DNA of 64,000 bases from Bacteroidales bacterium (GTDB taxonomy: Bacteria > Bacteroidota > Bacteroidia > Bacteroidales > UBA12077), in the NCBI GenBank assembly GCA_028282585.1, contig JANQHR010000097.1, positions 32,001-96,000 of the forward strand, written 5' to 3'. The notes under the pieces were generated by a model, which had not been told where the DNA came from, ran no database searches, and saw only the letters and a program-made list of their open reading frames with translations. A program made the position numbers and the translations under genes. Below are positions 11,774 to 21,524 of this stretch, piece by piece; the first letter of the stretch is position 1, and each line of letters opens with the position of its first letter.

Positions 11774-13006
11774 TTATTTTATGGATAAATTAATAATCTT
11801 TAAAATTACTTGTACTGCCTTTTCCATGGACTCTAAAGGAATAAACTCAAGCTTTCCATGATAATTATGCCCACCCGTAAAAATATTTGGGCACGGTAAT
11901 CCCATATAAGAAAGCCTTGCTCCATCTGTTCCTCCACGTATTGGTTTGATATCAAGAGTTATACCAACTTCAACCATTGCTTGTTTAGCTTGCTCCACAA
12001 TATGAATTACCGGCTCAACCTTTTCTTTCATATTATAGTATTGATCCTTTAATTCAAGCTCTACAATTTTTTTATTATATTTTTTGTTAACTAAATTAAC
12101 AACTTCCTGAATTAAGGACTTTTTGTATTCGAACTTCTCTTTATCATGGTCACGAATAATATACTGTATTTCTGCCTGTTCAACGGTTCCGTTCAATTTA
12201 ACTATATGAAAGAAACCTTCATAATCCTCAGTTAATTCGGGGCGTTGTTCAACTGGCAGCATATTATTTAGTTCTGCAGCAACACGAATTGCGTTGATCA
12301 TTTTTCCTTTTGCATAACCAGGATGAATATTTCTGCCTTGTATTTTTATAGTTGCACCAGCCGCATTAAAATTTTCATATTCCAGTTCTCCAACAGGTCC
12401 GCCATCCACAGTATACGCATAATCAGCCCCAAATTTTTCAACATCAAAGTGGTCTACACCTTTTCCTATTTCTTCGTCTGGGGTAAATGCTACCTTTATT
12501 TCTCCATGCTTTATTTCCGGATGTTTTATTAAAAATTCCATTGCAGTAACAATTTCCGAAATACCTGCTTTATCGTCCGCCCCCAGCAAAGTATCTCCGC
12601 TGGCAGTAATTATTGTTTGTCCTTTATAGCGTTTAATTTCCGGAAATTCTTTTACAGATATATTAACTCCTAATTCTTTGCTTATTTCTAAATCTTCACC
12701 GTTATAACTTTCAAAAACTTGAGGTTTTACGTTCTTACCACTCATATCGGGTGCTGTATCCATATGTGCTAAAAATCCGATTACGGGAATATCTTTTCTT
12801 ATATTTGATGGTAATATTGCTGTTACGTAACCAAATTTATCAACTTCAACCTTGCTTAATCCAATCTCCCTTAGCTCTTCAACCAACAAATTAGCCAAAT
12901 CAAACTGCTTTTTTGTACTTGGAAAAGATTCTGAACTTTCATCAGATTGAGTATCAATTTGAACATATTTTAAAAATCTATCTAATATTTTATTTTTAAT
13001 CTCCAT
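11774..13006 (-). CDS. pepT: Peptidase T (tripeptide aminopeptidase, M20B)
   Basis: AHMDT, LLGADDKAG, FTPDEEIG, YENFNAA, PIRGGTDGA, PNIFTGGHNYHG. Confidence 0.95.
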   Translation of the reverse strand: MEIKNKILDRFLKYVQIDTQSDESSESFPSTKKQFDLANLLVEELREIGLSKVEVDKFGYVTAILPSNIRKDIPVIGFLAHMDTAPDMSGKNVKPQVFESYNGEDLEISKELGVNISVKEFPEIKRYKGQTIITASGDTLLGADDKAGISEIVTAMEFLIKHPEIKHGEIKVAFTPDEEIGKGVDHFDVEKFGADYAYTVDGGPVGELEYENFNAAGATIKIQGRNIHPGYAKGKMINAIRVAAELNNMLPVEQRPELTEDYEGFFHIVKLNGTVEQAEIQYIIRDHDKEKFEYKKSLIQEVVNLVNKKYNKKIVELELKDQYYNMKEKVEPVIHIVEQAKQAMVEVGITLDIKPIRGGTDGARLSYMGLPCPNIFTGGHNYHGKLEFIPLESMEKAVQVILKIINLSIK

Positions 13007-13062
13007 TATTCTGAACTTTTGTTATACATGTTTGTAAAGATAAAGGAATATGATTTGATAAA

Positions 13063-13187
13063 ATAAAATTCCAAATATCAAAATTCAAATCACAATTATA
13101 TAATCAATTTTCGAAAACTAACCGAATAGTTTTGGAGTTTGTTTTAAAAAATTATATAAAATTTGACCATTGTATTTTGGAATTTAT
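13063..13187. repeat. Imperfect nested inverted repeat with short ~7-nt repeats, between divergent genes
   Basis: The left arm AAATTCCAAATATCAAAATTCAAATCAC pairs with the right arm TTGTATTTTGGAATTT. There is an inner AAAACTA/TAGTTTT stem. Confidence 0.5.
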
Positions 13188-13223
13188 CAGATATTTGTAT
13201 CACTAATAATTAAAATTGTAGTT

Positions 13224-13904
13224 ATGTTAAGTAAAAATCTTCTTGAATTTCTATCAGATTTAAAGGAAAACAATTACAAAGAATGGTTTCATGAAAATAA
13301 GCCTATCTACCAGAAGTTAAAAAAGGAGTTTGAGCAATTTGTTGCGCATGTTATAGCGGAGACTTCTCAGTTTGATAATTCGGTCCAGAACCTGGAACCA
13401 AAACACTGCGTTTTTAGAATTAACCGAGATGTTCGTTTTTCTAAAGATAAATCGCCGTATAAAACAAATTTTGGTGCATATATAGTACCCGGAGGTAAAA
13501 AGTCCGGAAATGCAGGCTATTATATTCATATCGAACCTGAAGGATGTTTTCTGGCGGGTGGAGTTTATGCACCACCAGCGGATAGATTAAAAGCCTTACG
13601 AACAGAAATTTATGAAAATACCGAAGATTTCAAGAAAATTCTAGCTGATAGTACTTTCAAAAAGCTTTATTCGAATCTTTATGATAAAGATATGTTAAAG
13701 ACCGCACCAAAAGGATTTCCAAAAGATTTTGAAGACATTGATTTACTTAAATATAAACATTACATAGCATCACGAAACGTTGATGACAATATAGTTGTTT
13801 CTGATAATTTCGTAGACGAAGTAAGAAATACATTTAAAGCTGCATATCCTTTAAATAAATTTATTAACGAAGGAATTAATTATCATTTGGGGATAGATAA
13901 TTAA
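13224..13904 (+). CDS. DUF2461 family protein (TIGR02453-like)
   Basis: FLSDLKENNYKEWF, FRINRDVRFSKDKSPYK, GYYIHIEP, LKTAPKGFPKD. ATG at 13224 is preferred over TTG at 13170. Confidence 0.85.
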   Translation: MLSKNLLEFLSDLKENNYKEWFHENKPIYQKLKKEFEQFVAHVIAETSQFDNSVQNLEPKHCVFRINRDVRFSKDKSPYKTNFGAYIVPGGKKSGNAGYYIHIEPEGCFLAGGVYAPPADRLKALRTEIYENTEDFKKILADSTFKKLYSNLYDKDMLKTAPKGFPKDFEDIDLLKYKHYIASRNVDDNIVVSDNFVDEVRNTFKAAYPLNKFINEGINYHLGIDN

Positions 13905-14068
13905 GCTGGTAGTTAGTAAATATCGACCTTTTGTTCAAAAAAATACAACGAAATAGATTGATGGAATAATGGATAAATAGGTAAGGTAGTTTCCATTTCA
14001 ATTTTCCATAACATCTTTAAATTGTATCAATATTTTATAAGTCAGATCCAAACCTATTGTAAAAAACC

Positions 14069-14767
14069 ATGCAAATACATTTCATACTTGTTGAACCGGC
14101 TGTTCCCGAAAATGTAGGGGCAGCTGCCCGTGCGATAAAAACCATGGGGTTTTCTTCATTGCGCCTAGTAAATACAAAAGCTCATTTAGATGAAAAAGCT
14201 AGCTGGTTGGCTCATGCATCGAATGAAATATTGGAAAATGCAAAGGAATTTGTATCGCTTCAAGAAGCAACTCAAGATATAAATTGGGTTATTGGAACTT
14301 CAGCTAAGAAAAGAAGGGTAAACGAGGATTATTATCCTTCAACTAAAGTTAATGAACTAATTCAGGCAAAAGCAAACACCATTAAAAATCTTGCAATTGT
14401 TTTTGGAAGAGAAGAAAGCGGCTTAACCAATGATGAATTAAAACTTTGTGATATCGTTACCAGTATTCCGATGAAAACTACCTATCCCTCACTAAACCTG
14501 GCACAATCAGTGATGATATACGCATACACTTTATCAATGCTCAGTTTTGAGGACAATAAACCTGGCCGGGAAACTAACCAGTCTGAATTAAACGTATTAA
14601 AGACTAAAACTGAACAGATATTAAATAAAATCGGGTTTGAAGAAAATACAGCAATTTATAACCGCATTATGGAACGTTTAATGATTCTTGGTGAAACTGA
14701 TATTCATTTAGTATTGTCCATTGAAAATAAAATTCACAAATGCTTTAAGAAAGACATTTTCAAATAA
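14069..14767 (+). CDS. lasT: tRNA/rRNA 2'-O-methyltransferase (SPOUT, TrmJ/LasT family)
   Basis: ILVEPAVPENVGAAARAIKTMG, VFGREESGLTNDEL, YPSLNLAQSV. Confidence 0.85.
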   Translation: MQIHFILVEPAVPENVGAAARAIKTMGFSSLRLVNTKAHLDEKASWLAHASNEILENAKEFVSLQEATQDINWVIGTSAKKRRVNEDYYPSTKVNELIQAKANTIKNLAIVFGREESGLTNDELKLCDIVTSIPMKTTYPSLNLAQSVMIYAYTLSMLSFEDNKPGRETNQSELNVLKTKTEQILNKIGFEENTAIYNRIMERLMILGETDIHLVLSIENKIHKCFKKDIFK

Positions 14768-14786
14768 GTTAATTTCTTAGTGCAAA

Positions 14787-14821
14787 TAATAATGCCAAGT
14801 TTAATTTACTTGGCATTATTA
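14787..14821. terminator. Bidirectional intrinsic terminator
   Basis: Perfect 14-bp stem TAATAATGCCAAGT / ACTTGGCATTATTA between convergent lasT and the small peptide gene. Confidence 0.75.
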
Positions 14822-14848
14822 TAAATATTCTATTAAAATAAAATTAAT

Positions 14849-15034
14849 CTAAGGGGCAGCGCAAATAGGTTGTGTGCCATTATCACAAAGCTCATCACAA
14901 GGAACAACAGTTATTTGTCCATTTGCGTCTATACATACTCCTAATCCTTCTTCTGCTAAACCTCCTTTACCTAAAATGGATTTTTGTTCTTTTTTGCTTA
15001 AAGTTTTTCCAAGTTTTGAAATCTTTTCTTTCAT
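14849..15034 (-). CDS. Small Cys-rich peptide with a double-glycine-type leader (putative RiPP/bacteriocin-like precursor)
   Basis: 61 aa. Leader MKEKISKLGKTLSKKEQKSILGKGG; core with 4 Cys; an A-rich 5' region typical of Bacteroidetes starts; its own terminator. Confidence 0.7.
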   Translation of the reverse strand: MKEKISKLGKTLSKKEQKSILGKGGLAEEGLGVCIDANGQITVVPCDELCDNGTQPICAAP

Positions 15035-15496
15035 CTTTTTAAAATTTTAGATTAATAAATACTTTGATATTGCGTTTAAAGCTACCTATACTTTATACGA
15101 ATTTACAAAGAATGTTTATCTCAACAAAACAGCTATATTAACTATGAATAAGTAAGTATAAAATTTCGTGGCTATATTAGTAATTCTCGTACATTAAAAC
15201 TGCATTTTAGTTGTGATTTTTTTGATAAAGACTTCAGTCATTCTTTTAAAAAATAAAAACCTTCTTAAAGAAGTTTAGCACTTTTTATAAAGCCTAATCA
15301 ATTTCTTGAAAGAAATAGTGCTAACGTCTACATTAACTTTCTTTGTATCTTTTTTAGTTAACTGTAAAATATAAAAAGCAAATTACAAAAAAATCAACTA
15401 ATTAATTATCAATGTTTTATATTTAAATAAATTTACTCTAATCAGCACTTTATAGAGTTGGCAATCAACCTTTAAGTCGACTCCTTTGTTCATTAT

Positions 15497-15655
15497 GAAA
15501 GTAAAACCGAGAAGATATTAAATGAAATCGAATTTAAAGAAGATACGGCTATTTATAACCGCATTATGGAACTTTTAATGATTCTCGGCGAAACAGAAAT
15601 TCATCTATTGCTTTCTATTGAAAATAAGATAAACGATTCGTTAAATAAGAATTAA
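15497..15655 (+). pseudogene. Diverged duplicate of the 3' end of lasT (start-less fragment)
   Basis: Translates as ESKTEKILNEIEFKEDTAIYNRIMELLMILGETEIHLLLSIENKINDSLNKN*, matching lasT 14600-14767 at 35 of 43 aligned residues by hand count. There is an in-frame stop at 15473-15475 upstream. Confidence 0.85.
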
Positions 15656-15940
15656 TTCTTATTGCATTTCCAACTTTAAACCAGGTACAAATTTGTACTA
15701 ATAATTAAGGTGTTCTAATTAAATAAAACACTTAAAATAAGGTGCTTTAGGACACTATTATTTTTGTTGTTTTACTCGTTTTAGCAAGCGGTTTTGAACC
15801 GTTTTTTTATTTGATGAACTTAAGGCGTAAAATATGGTTCTAATTTTAAGTGAAAGTTACTGTTTATTAATAATTCAAACGACCACTTAAGTTGATTGCT
15901 AACTTCAATTTACCAATAATATTTTTTATATATTTAGAAC

Positions 15941-18049
15941 ATGGCAAAAAAACACAAATTACAAAAGGAACTGGGATTACTAGATGTATTAGCAATAAGT
16001 ACAGGTGCAATGTTTAGCTCGGGGTTTTTTCTATTACCTGGGATAGCATCTCAACAGACTGGTCCTTCCGTATTCTTAGCCTATTTAATTGCCGGGTTTC
16101 TAATTATGCCCGCGATGTTTAGTATGGCAGAAATATCCACTGCATTGCCCCGTTCAGGAGGGACATATTTTTTCCTTGACAGAAGTTTGGGGCCTTTAAT
16201 GGGCACCATAGGCGGATTAGGAACCTATTTTGCTCTTTTATTTAAAACGGCTTTTGCCATTGTAGGTATTGGAGCTTATGCCGCAATATTTTGGGATGTG
16301 CCAATAAAAACAGTTGCGTTGGCCGCCACGTTAGTTTTTATGTTTTTTAATTTGGTAGGTGCTAAAAAAACGTCCCGCTTACAGAATTTTCTTGTTTTGT
16401 TTTTGCTGTTGGTATTAGGATTATTCATTTTTAACGGGCTTTATAAAATCTTTTTTGCCGATGGGTTTAATACGCATCAATACCAGAAACAATTTGAACC
16501 TTTTTTTACAAATGGCATAGATGGATTAATTACCACTGCAGGATTCGTTTTTGTATCGTATTTAGGTTTAACAAAAATTACAAGTATCGCTGAGGAAATC
16601 AAAAATCCGGAGCGTAATATACCATTAGGAATGTTACTTTCTTTAGTAATAACAACTATAATTTATGTCCTTGGGATTTTTGTAATGGTTGCACTGATTA
16701 ATCCTTCTGACTTAGCTAATGACCTTGCACCTGCTGCAACTGCCGTTAAAAAGATCTTTAACTGGATGCCCGGGGAGTTGGGTACTTATATTATGGTTGG
16801 AGCTGCTATGGCAGCCTTCGCATCCACGGGTAATGCAGGGCTGTTATCCTCTTCACGTTATCCTTTTGCCATGGGGCGCGATAAAATTTTACCAAAAAAA
16901 TTCTCTAGTATTGGAAAAAAGGGCTCACCGGTAACTTCAATTCTTTTAACCACATTGCTTATTATACTTTTTATTTTTGTCCTTTCGGAGGAAGGGATTG
17001 CCAAAATGGCAAGTACTTTTCAGCTTTTGATATTTACTTTAATTAACTTTTCTGTTATCGTATTCCGTAAAAGCAATATTGAATCGTACGACCCCGGATA
17101 TAAGTCTCCTCTTTATCCATGGATGCAAATTGCTGGTATTGTTCTCTCTTTAATATTAATTGCATATATGGGATTAGCTGCTCTGCTTCTTGCCGGATTT
17201 ATTTTACTTGCCGCCTATTTATGGTACCGTTATTATGTCCGAGAAAAAGTACAACGAGAAGGGGCCATATTTCATTGGTTTGCACTTCTGGGAAAATATC
17301 AATATCCTGAACTTGAGCAAGAATTTATGACTATCCTTAAGGAAAAAGGATTGCGGCAAGGCGACCCTTTTGACCAAACTATAATGCGTGCCAGGATAAC
17401 TTATATAAAAAGAGAAATGGAGTTCAAAGAACTGGTTAATACGGTTTCTGAATTATTTTCGACCGAAATGCATGTTAATAAGGAATTACTTATTAATGAA
17501 TTTCATACAATAACAAGCATAGAGCCCGCTTTAATTATTCCTGAAGTTTCAATTCTCTATGCAAAAGACGAAAGTATTGATCATCCATCATTACAAATCA
17601 TTTTATCGCAAAAAGGAATAAATAAACCGGTTAAAAAGAGAAATATAATATCCGAAGACTTTATTAAAGTATTCTTCTTTTTAGTCAACCCTGCTAAAGA
17701 AGCCCGCCAGCAATTAAGAATGTTATCCAGATTAGTAGATATAGTTGAAAGAAATGGCTTTGTAAAAGAAATTATGAACCTTGTAAGCCATCGAAAAATA
17801 AAGGAATATTTGCTCTATAATGAAAGGTACATCACTGTCCAGATAAAACAAAAAACCAAACAATTTGAATTAACTGGTAAACAACTAAAGGATATAAAAC
17901 TACCTCCTGATGTACTTGTTGCACTAATTGAAAGGGATTGTGCATCTTTTACACCACATGGAGATACTGTGATTTACGAAAATGACGTGCTTACTATTAT
18001 TGGAGAGCCAGGGTCGATAAATAAATTATATGAATTATATATGAGTTAA
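15941..18049 (+). CDS. APC-superfamily amino acid permease with C-terminal PTS-EIIA-like and TrkA-C (RCK_C) domains
   Basis: GAMFSSGFFLLPG, LPRSGGTYFFLDRSLG, AEEIKNPERNIP; about 12 TM helices. C-terminus has LKDIKLPPDVLVALIER...PHGDTVIYENDVLTIIG (TrkA-C). Confidence 0.85.
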   Translation: MAKKHKLQKELGLLDVLAISTGAMFSSGFFLLPGIASQQTGPSVFLAYLIAGFLIMPAMFSMAEISTALPRSGGTYFFLDRSLGPLMGTIGGLGTYFALLFKTAFAIVGIGAYAAIFWDVPIKTVALAATLVFMFFNLVGAKKTSRLQNFLVLFLLLVLGLFIFNGLYKIFFADGFNTHQYQKQFEPFFTNGIDGLITTAGFVFVSYLGLTKITSIAEEIKNPERNIPLGMLLSLVITTIIYVLGIFVMVALINPSDLANDLAPAATAVKKIFNWMPGELGTYIMVGAAMAAFASTGNAGLLSSSRYPFAMGRDKILPKKFSSIGKKGSPVTSILLTTLLIILFIFVLSEEGIAKMASTFQLLIFTLINFSVIVFRKSNIESYDPGYKSPLYPWMQIAGIVLSLILIAYMGLAALLLAGFILLAAYLWYRYYVREKVQREGAIFHWFALLGKYQYPELEQEFMTILKEKGLRQGDPFDQTIMRARITYIKREMEFKELVNTVSELFSTEMHVNKELLINEFHTITSIEPALIIPEVSILYAKDESIDHPSLQIILSQKGINKPVKKRNIISEDFIKVFFFLVNPAKEARQQLRMLSRLVDIVERNGFVKEIMNLVSHRKIKEYLLYNERYITVQIKQKTKQFELTGKQLKDIKLPPDVLVALIERDCASFTPHGDTVIYENDVLTIIGEPGSINKLYELYMS

Positions 18050-18062
18050 ATGTACAAATAAA

Positions 18063-20300
18063 TCATTCAAGCATTTTATCCCTAAATGCATTCAAGAATA
18101 AAACATCTCCCATTTCGGTGTAGCCCTCAAATAACTTCTCCCCTTCATGTTTTATTTGTTCGCTACGGAAACCTATCATTGTTAAACCTGCCTTCACCGA
18201 TTTTTCATTAATTAATTGCTTTAAATTCATTGATTCATCAATATCGATGAACTCAACATTTTTTAAAGAAATTGGTAATCGTCCGGTTTTTACCAATTCT
18301 AATAAGTGATCTGTTGCTTCGTCATGTTGACCTGGCCGACGAACATTAAATATTTTAATTTTAGCCCCTTTCCAATCCGAATGCCCTAGAATTATGTAGC
18401 TTAGTAAAACCATTAAGTTTAGATTTTTTTCATCAACTCTTCTCACCCAAATATGAATTCCTTCATGGTAATTCACCCCCCTGTTCGACCCTCCTAAAAT
18501 TCCAACATCATACCCTCCAGATCTAACCAGTGGATAGTTTTCTGCAATTTGCTCTAAATTAACCGGATCCTTTTTATCATACTCAAACAAAACCAAGTTA
18601 TTATCTAAACCTGAAATTCCAGGCAATTGAATGATCTGTGCAATTGCTGATGTATATGATGGAGATACGATTGTATCCACATAAACATTACTATTTCTGG
18701 ATTCTGCTCGTTCTATCAGTAAATCCAACACTTCTTTTGATTGTAAATGCGTTGCTCTGGAATAATAACCCTGAATGTATTGAATATATGTTCCAAAACC
18801 ATATTTATGAGAGATCCAGGTTAAAAGACGAAAAGCATTGTCGCGGTCAGAATTTACTTCTGTAACACAAACTGCAGATGGGTGCCAACTTGTTTTTTTC
18901 TTAATTGCCTGATTCTTTTGCAAGTAAACCTGTAGATTTCTATTAATTTGAAATATTGCACTCCTAAATATTGATTCCAAACCTTGACGCTCAGAATGGT
19001 AATAACTAATATATATATAAAGAATTACCATTACAATAATTGCTAAAATAGCGTATAACGAATCCATTCTGAACATTAAATAAATGGAAATTACAAAGCC
19101 TATTAACGAGAGAATCCAATGCGACCTAAATGTTGGGCGATAAGATGGTGATGAACCGAAATGATTTAAAAAAGAGATCAGACATAACGAGCCGTAGGTA
19201 AGCATAAAAAACATAGATATAATCCTGGCAACTGCGTTTACATCACCTAAAGCCACAAACACAAATGCTATTAAAATCGTTATAACAGATGCATTGAATG
19301 GTTCATTTGTTGCTCCCTTTACATTTGCCATCGCTCGGTTAAATCTCTTAAAAGGAAATGTTTTGTCATTTCCTAAAGCCTGCAAAGTTCTTGGAGCAAC
19401 CATTACAGAACCCAAAGCAGATGAAATAGTAGAAGCCGCTAATCCAACCGGTATTATAAATTTACCGAAAACAGCAATATCAGCCATTACTAACTGATTA
19501 TTTACAAGATCTTCGGGTGAAGCAGAGTTAACTAACTTAAAAATAATAAAAATATAAACTATTAATCCTCCTAAAGTAGCTGCCACCGTACCTAGCGGAA
19601 TCGATTTTCCCGGATTTTTTAAATCACCGGATAGACCAACTCCAGCTGTCATTCCCGTAAAAGCAGGAAAAATAATAGCAAAAACAAAAAAGAAATCGTT
19701 CGTATTTCTCAGCGGACTACTTGAGATTCCTTCAACAGTAGAAGCATATTCAGTTTTACCAATAAAGAATAAAAAAAGTGATAAAAACAAGATTGCGACA
19801 ACAACATAAAGAGCCTTTACTCCCATATTTGCACCTTTTCTTAGAATCAAAACAGCTAAAATAGCCATAGCGGGTAAACTAATTATTTGTCTGGGAAGAT
19901 TAATATTATAAACATTCTTAAACCAATTAAATACCGGTTCAAAGGCCTCTGTAAATGCAATTACGTAAAAAGCTACACTTATAGCCTGAGAGAGATAAAG
20001 TGCAATGCCAATTGTTCCACCAATATTTAAACCAAATGACCGGGAAATTATAAAGTATTCGCCTCCACCTTCAACGCGTTGGTTAGTTGCAATTTCAGAT
20101 ATTGCAAAAGCAGTAGGTATTGTAACAAAATGTCCGATTAAAACAATTAGCAGAACGCCTCCAAAACCAAGTGTTCCTACTGCAAAACCAAATCGAAGGA
20201 ATAAAATAGCACCTAATATGGTAGATATTGCGGTAAAAAATACAGGTGCTGTACCAAATCCATTGGCTCTTTTTTCAATCATAGTAAGATTTTTAACCAC
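18063..20300 (-). CDS. Cation-chloride cotransporter (SLC12-like) / amino acid permease
   Basis: STILGAILFLRFG, GGGEYFIISRSFG, FAIIFPAFTGMTAGVGLSGDLKNPGKSIPLGT; cytoplasmic C-terminal domain. The start may be slightly downstream (MIEKR). Confidence 0.85.
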   Translation of the reverse strand: MVKNLTMIEKRANGFGTAPVFFTAISTILGAILFLRFGFAVGTLGFGGVLLIVLIGHFVTIPTAFAISEIATNQRVEGGGEYFIISRSFGLNIGGTIGIALYLSQAISVAFYVIAFTEAFEPVFNWFKNVYNINLPRQIISLPAMAILAVLILRKGANMGVKALYVVVAILFLSLFLFFIGKTEYASTVEGISSSPLRNTNDFFFVFAIIFPAFTGMTAGVGLSGDLKNPGKSIPLGTVAATLGGLIVYIFIIFKLVNSASPEDLVNNQLVMADIAVFGKFIIPVGLAASTISSALGSVMVAPRTLQALGNDKTFPFKRFNRAMANVKGATNEPFNASVITILIAFVFVALGDVNAVARIISMFFMLTYGSLCLISFLNHFGSSPSYRPTFRSHWILSLIGFVISIYLMFRMDSLYAILAIIVMVILYIYISYYHSERQGLESIFRSAIFQINRNLQVYLQKNQAIKKKTSWHPSAVCVTEVNSDRDNAFRLLTWISHKYGFGTYIQYIQGYYSRATHLQSKEVLDLLIERAESRNSNVYVDTIVSPSYTSAIAQIIQLPGISGLDNNLVLFEYDKKDPVNLEQIAENYPLVRSGGYDVGILGGSNRGVNYHEGIHIWVRRVDEKNLNLMVLLSYIILGHSDWKGAKIKIFNVRRPGQHDEATDHLLELVKTGRLPISLKNVEFIDIDESMNLKQLINEKSVKAGLTMIGFRSEQIKHEGEKLFEGYTEMGDVLFLNAFRDKMLE

Positions 20301-20360
20301 TAAATTTAATCATTTTTATTGATTGAAAATTACCTGAAAATGAATCAATCTATTTTTAAC

Positions 20361-20388
20361 AAAAAAAGCTGCCCCTAAGAGCAGCCTT
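20361..20388 (-). terminator. Intrinsic terminator of sigA
   Basis: GCTGC/GCAGC stem followed by a T-run on the minus strand (A7 at 20361-20367). Confidence 0.65.
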
Positions 20389-20408
20389 TGTAAGCTAAAT
20401 ATAAATTA

Positions 20409-21269
20409 TTAACCCAAATACTTCTTTAAAAGTTTATTTTTAGAGGAATGTCTTAGTCGTCTGATTGCTTTTTCTTTAATCTGACGCACTCTTTCTCTAG
20501 TTAATCCTAATTCATACCCTATTTCTTCCAAAGATAAATCTTTACCACCTATACCATAATAATATTTCAGCACCATTCTTTCCTTCTCAGGAAGAATACT
20601 TAAAGTTCTTTCAACCTCTTTTGCCAAAGATTCTTCTAATAAGCTATTATCTGCGTTTGGAGAGTCAGTATTTTCCATTACATCCAATAAACTACCCTCT
20701 TCACCGTCAGCAAACGGAGCATCTACTGATAATGGTTTTCCTGATAATTGCAAAGTATCTTCAACTTTATCTTTTGGTAGATCAACAAACTCTGCCAACT
20801 CATCTGCGGTAGGAGTACGATCGAACTGCTGCTCCAAAGTTGAATATGCTTTATGTATTTTATTTAAAGAACCAACTTTGTTCAATGGTAAACGAACAAC
20901 TCTCGATTGTTCGGCAATAGCTTGTAAAATTGATTGACGAATCCACCATACAGCATATGAAATAAATTTGAAACCTTTCGTTTCATCAAATCTTTCAGCA
21001 GCCTTAATTAATCCTAAGTTACCCTCGTTAATTAAATCAGGAAGGCTCAAACCTTGAAATTGGTACTGTTTTGCTACTGAAATAACAAAACGCAAGTTAG
21101 CTTTGGTTAATCTTTCTAAAGCCGCCCTGTCACCTTTTTTAATTCTTTGAGCTAATTCTACCTCTTCTTCGGCAGATACCATCTCCTCTTTTCCAACATC
21201 TTGCAGATATTTCTCTAGAGAAGAACTATCACGATTTGTAATAGATTTTGTAATTTTTAACTGTCTCAT
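20409..21269 (-). CDS. rpoD: Primary RNA polymerase sigma factor, Bacteroidetes SigA/RpoD type (lacks region 1.1)
   Basis: [14 protein letters not shown]-terminus, [61 protein letters not shown]. Confidence 0.95.
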   Translation of the reverse strand: MRQLKITKSITNRDSSSLEKYLQDVGKEEMVSAEEEVELAQRIKKGDRAALERLTKANLRFVISVAKQYQFQGLSLPDLINEGNLGLIKAAERFDETKGFKFISYAVWWIRQSILQAIAEQSRVVRLPLNKVGSLNKIHKAYSTLEQQFDRTPTADELAEFVDLPKDKVEDTLQLSGKPLSVDAPFADGEEGSLLDVMENTDSPNADNSLLEESLAKEVERTLSILPEKERMVLKYYYGIGGKDLSLEEIGYELGLTRERVRQIKEKAIRRLRHSSKNKLLKKYLG

Positions 21270-21524
21270 TTCAGCCTCTCCTTTTCTATATTTTTATGCG
21301 ATAAATATTGGGGACATTATTTTCATAATATCATAACAAGGAATTATATAAACTTATGGTAATTCAATACTTGCCTAACCCAAAACAAACAACTAACTAT
21401 ACGAAAAATTATGCAAAGAAACAATTTATTTTATAGAATAAAAAATTAAAATTGCATTTAATTGCTCTTGTGTAACGAAATTTCAGCATAAAATGTTTTA
21501 TATTTCATTATGTTTTTTGCACTA

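Noticed and set aside
15275-15324. TTAGCACT ... AGTGCTAA inverted repeat resembling a CIRCE (HrcA) element
   Set aside because: The arms are 34 bp apart, unlike TTAGCACTC-N9-GAGTGCTAA, and no chaperone gene is adjacent.
14600-15655. The lasT 3' duplicate as a DGR template/variable repeat pair
   Set aside because: The differences are not adenine-specific and are largely synonymous, and there is no reverse transcriptase in the window.
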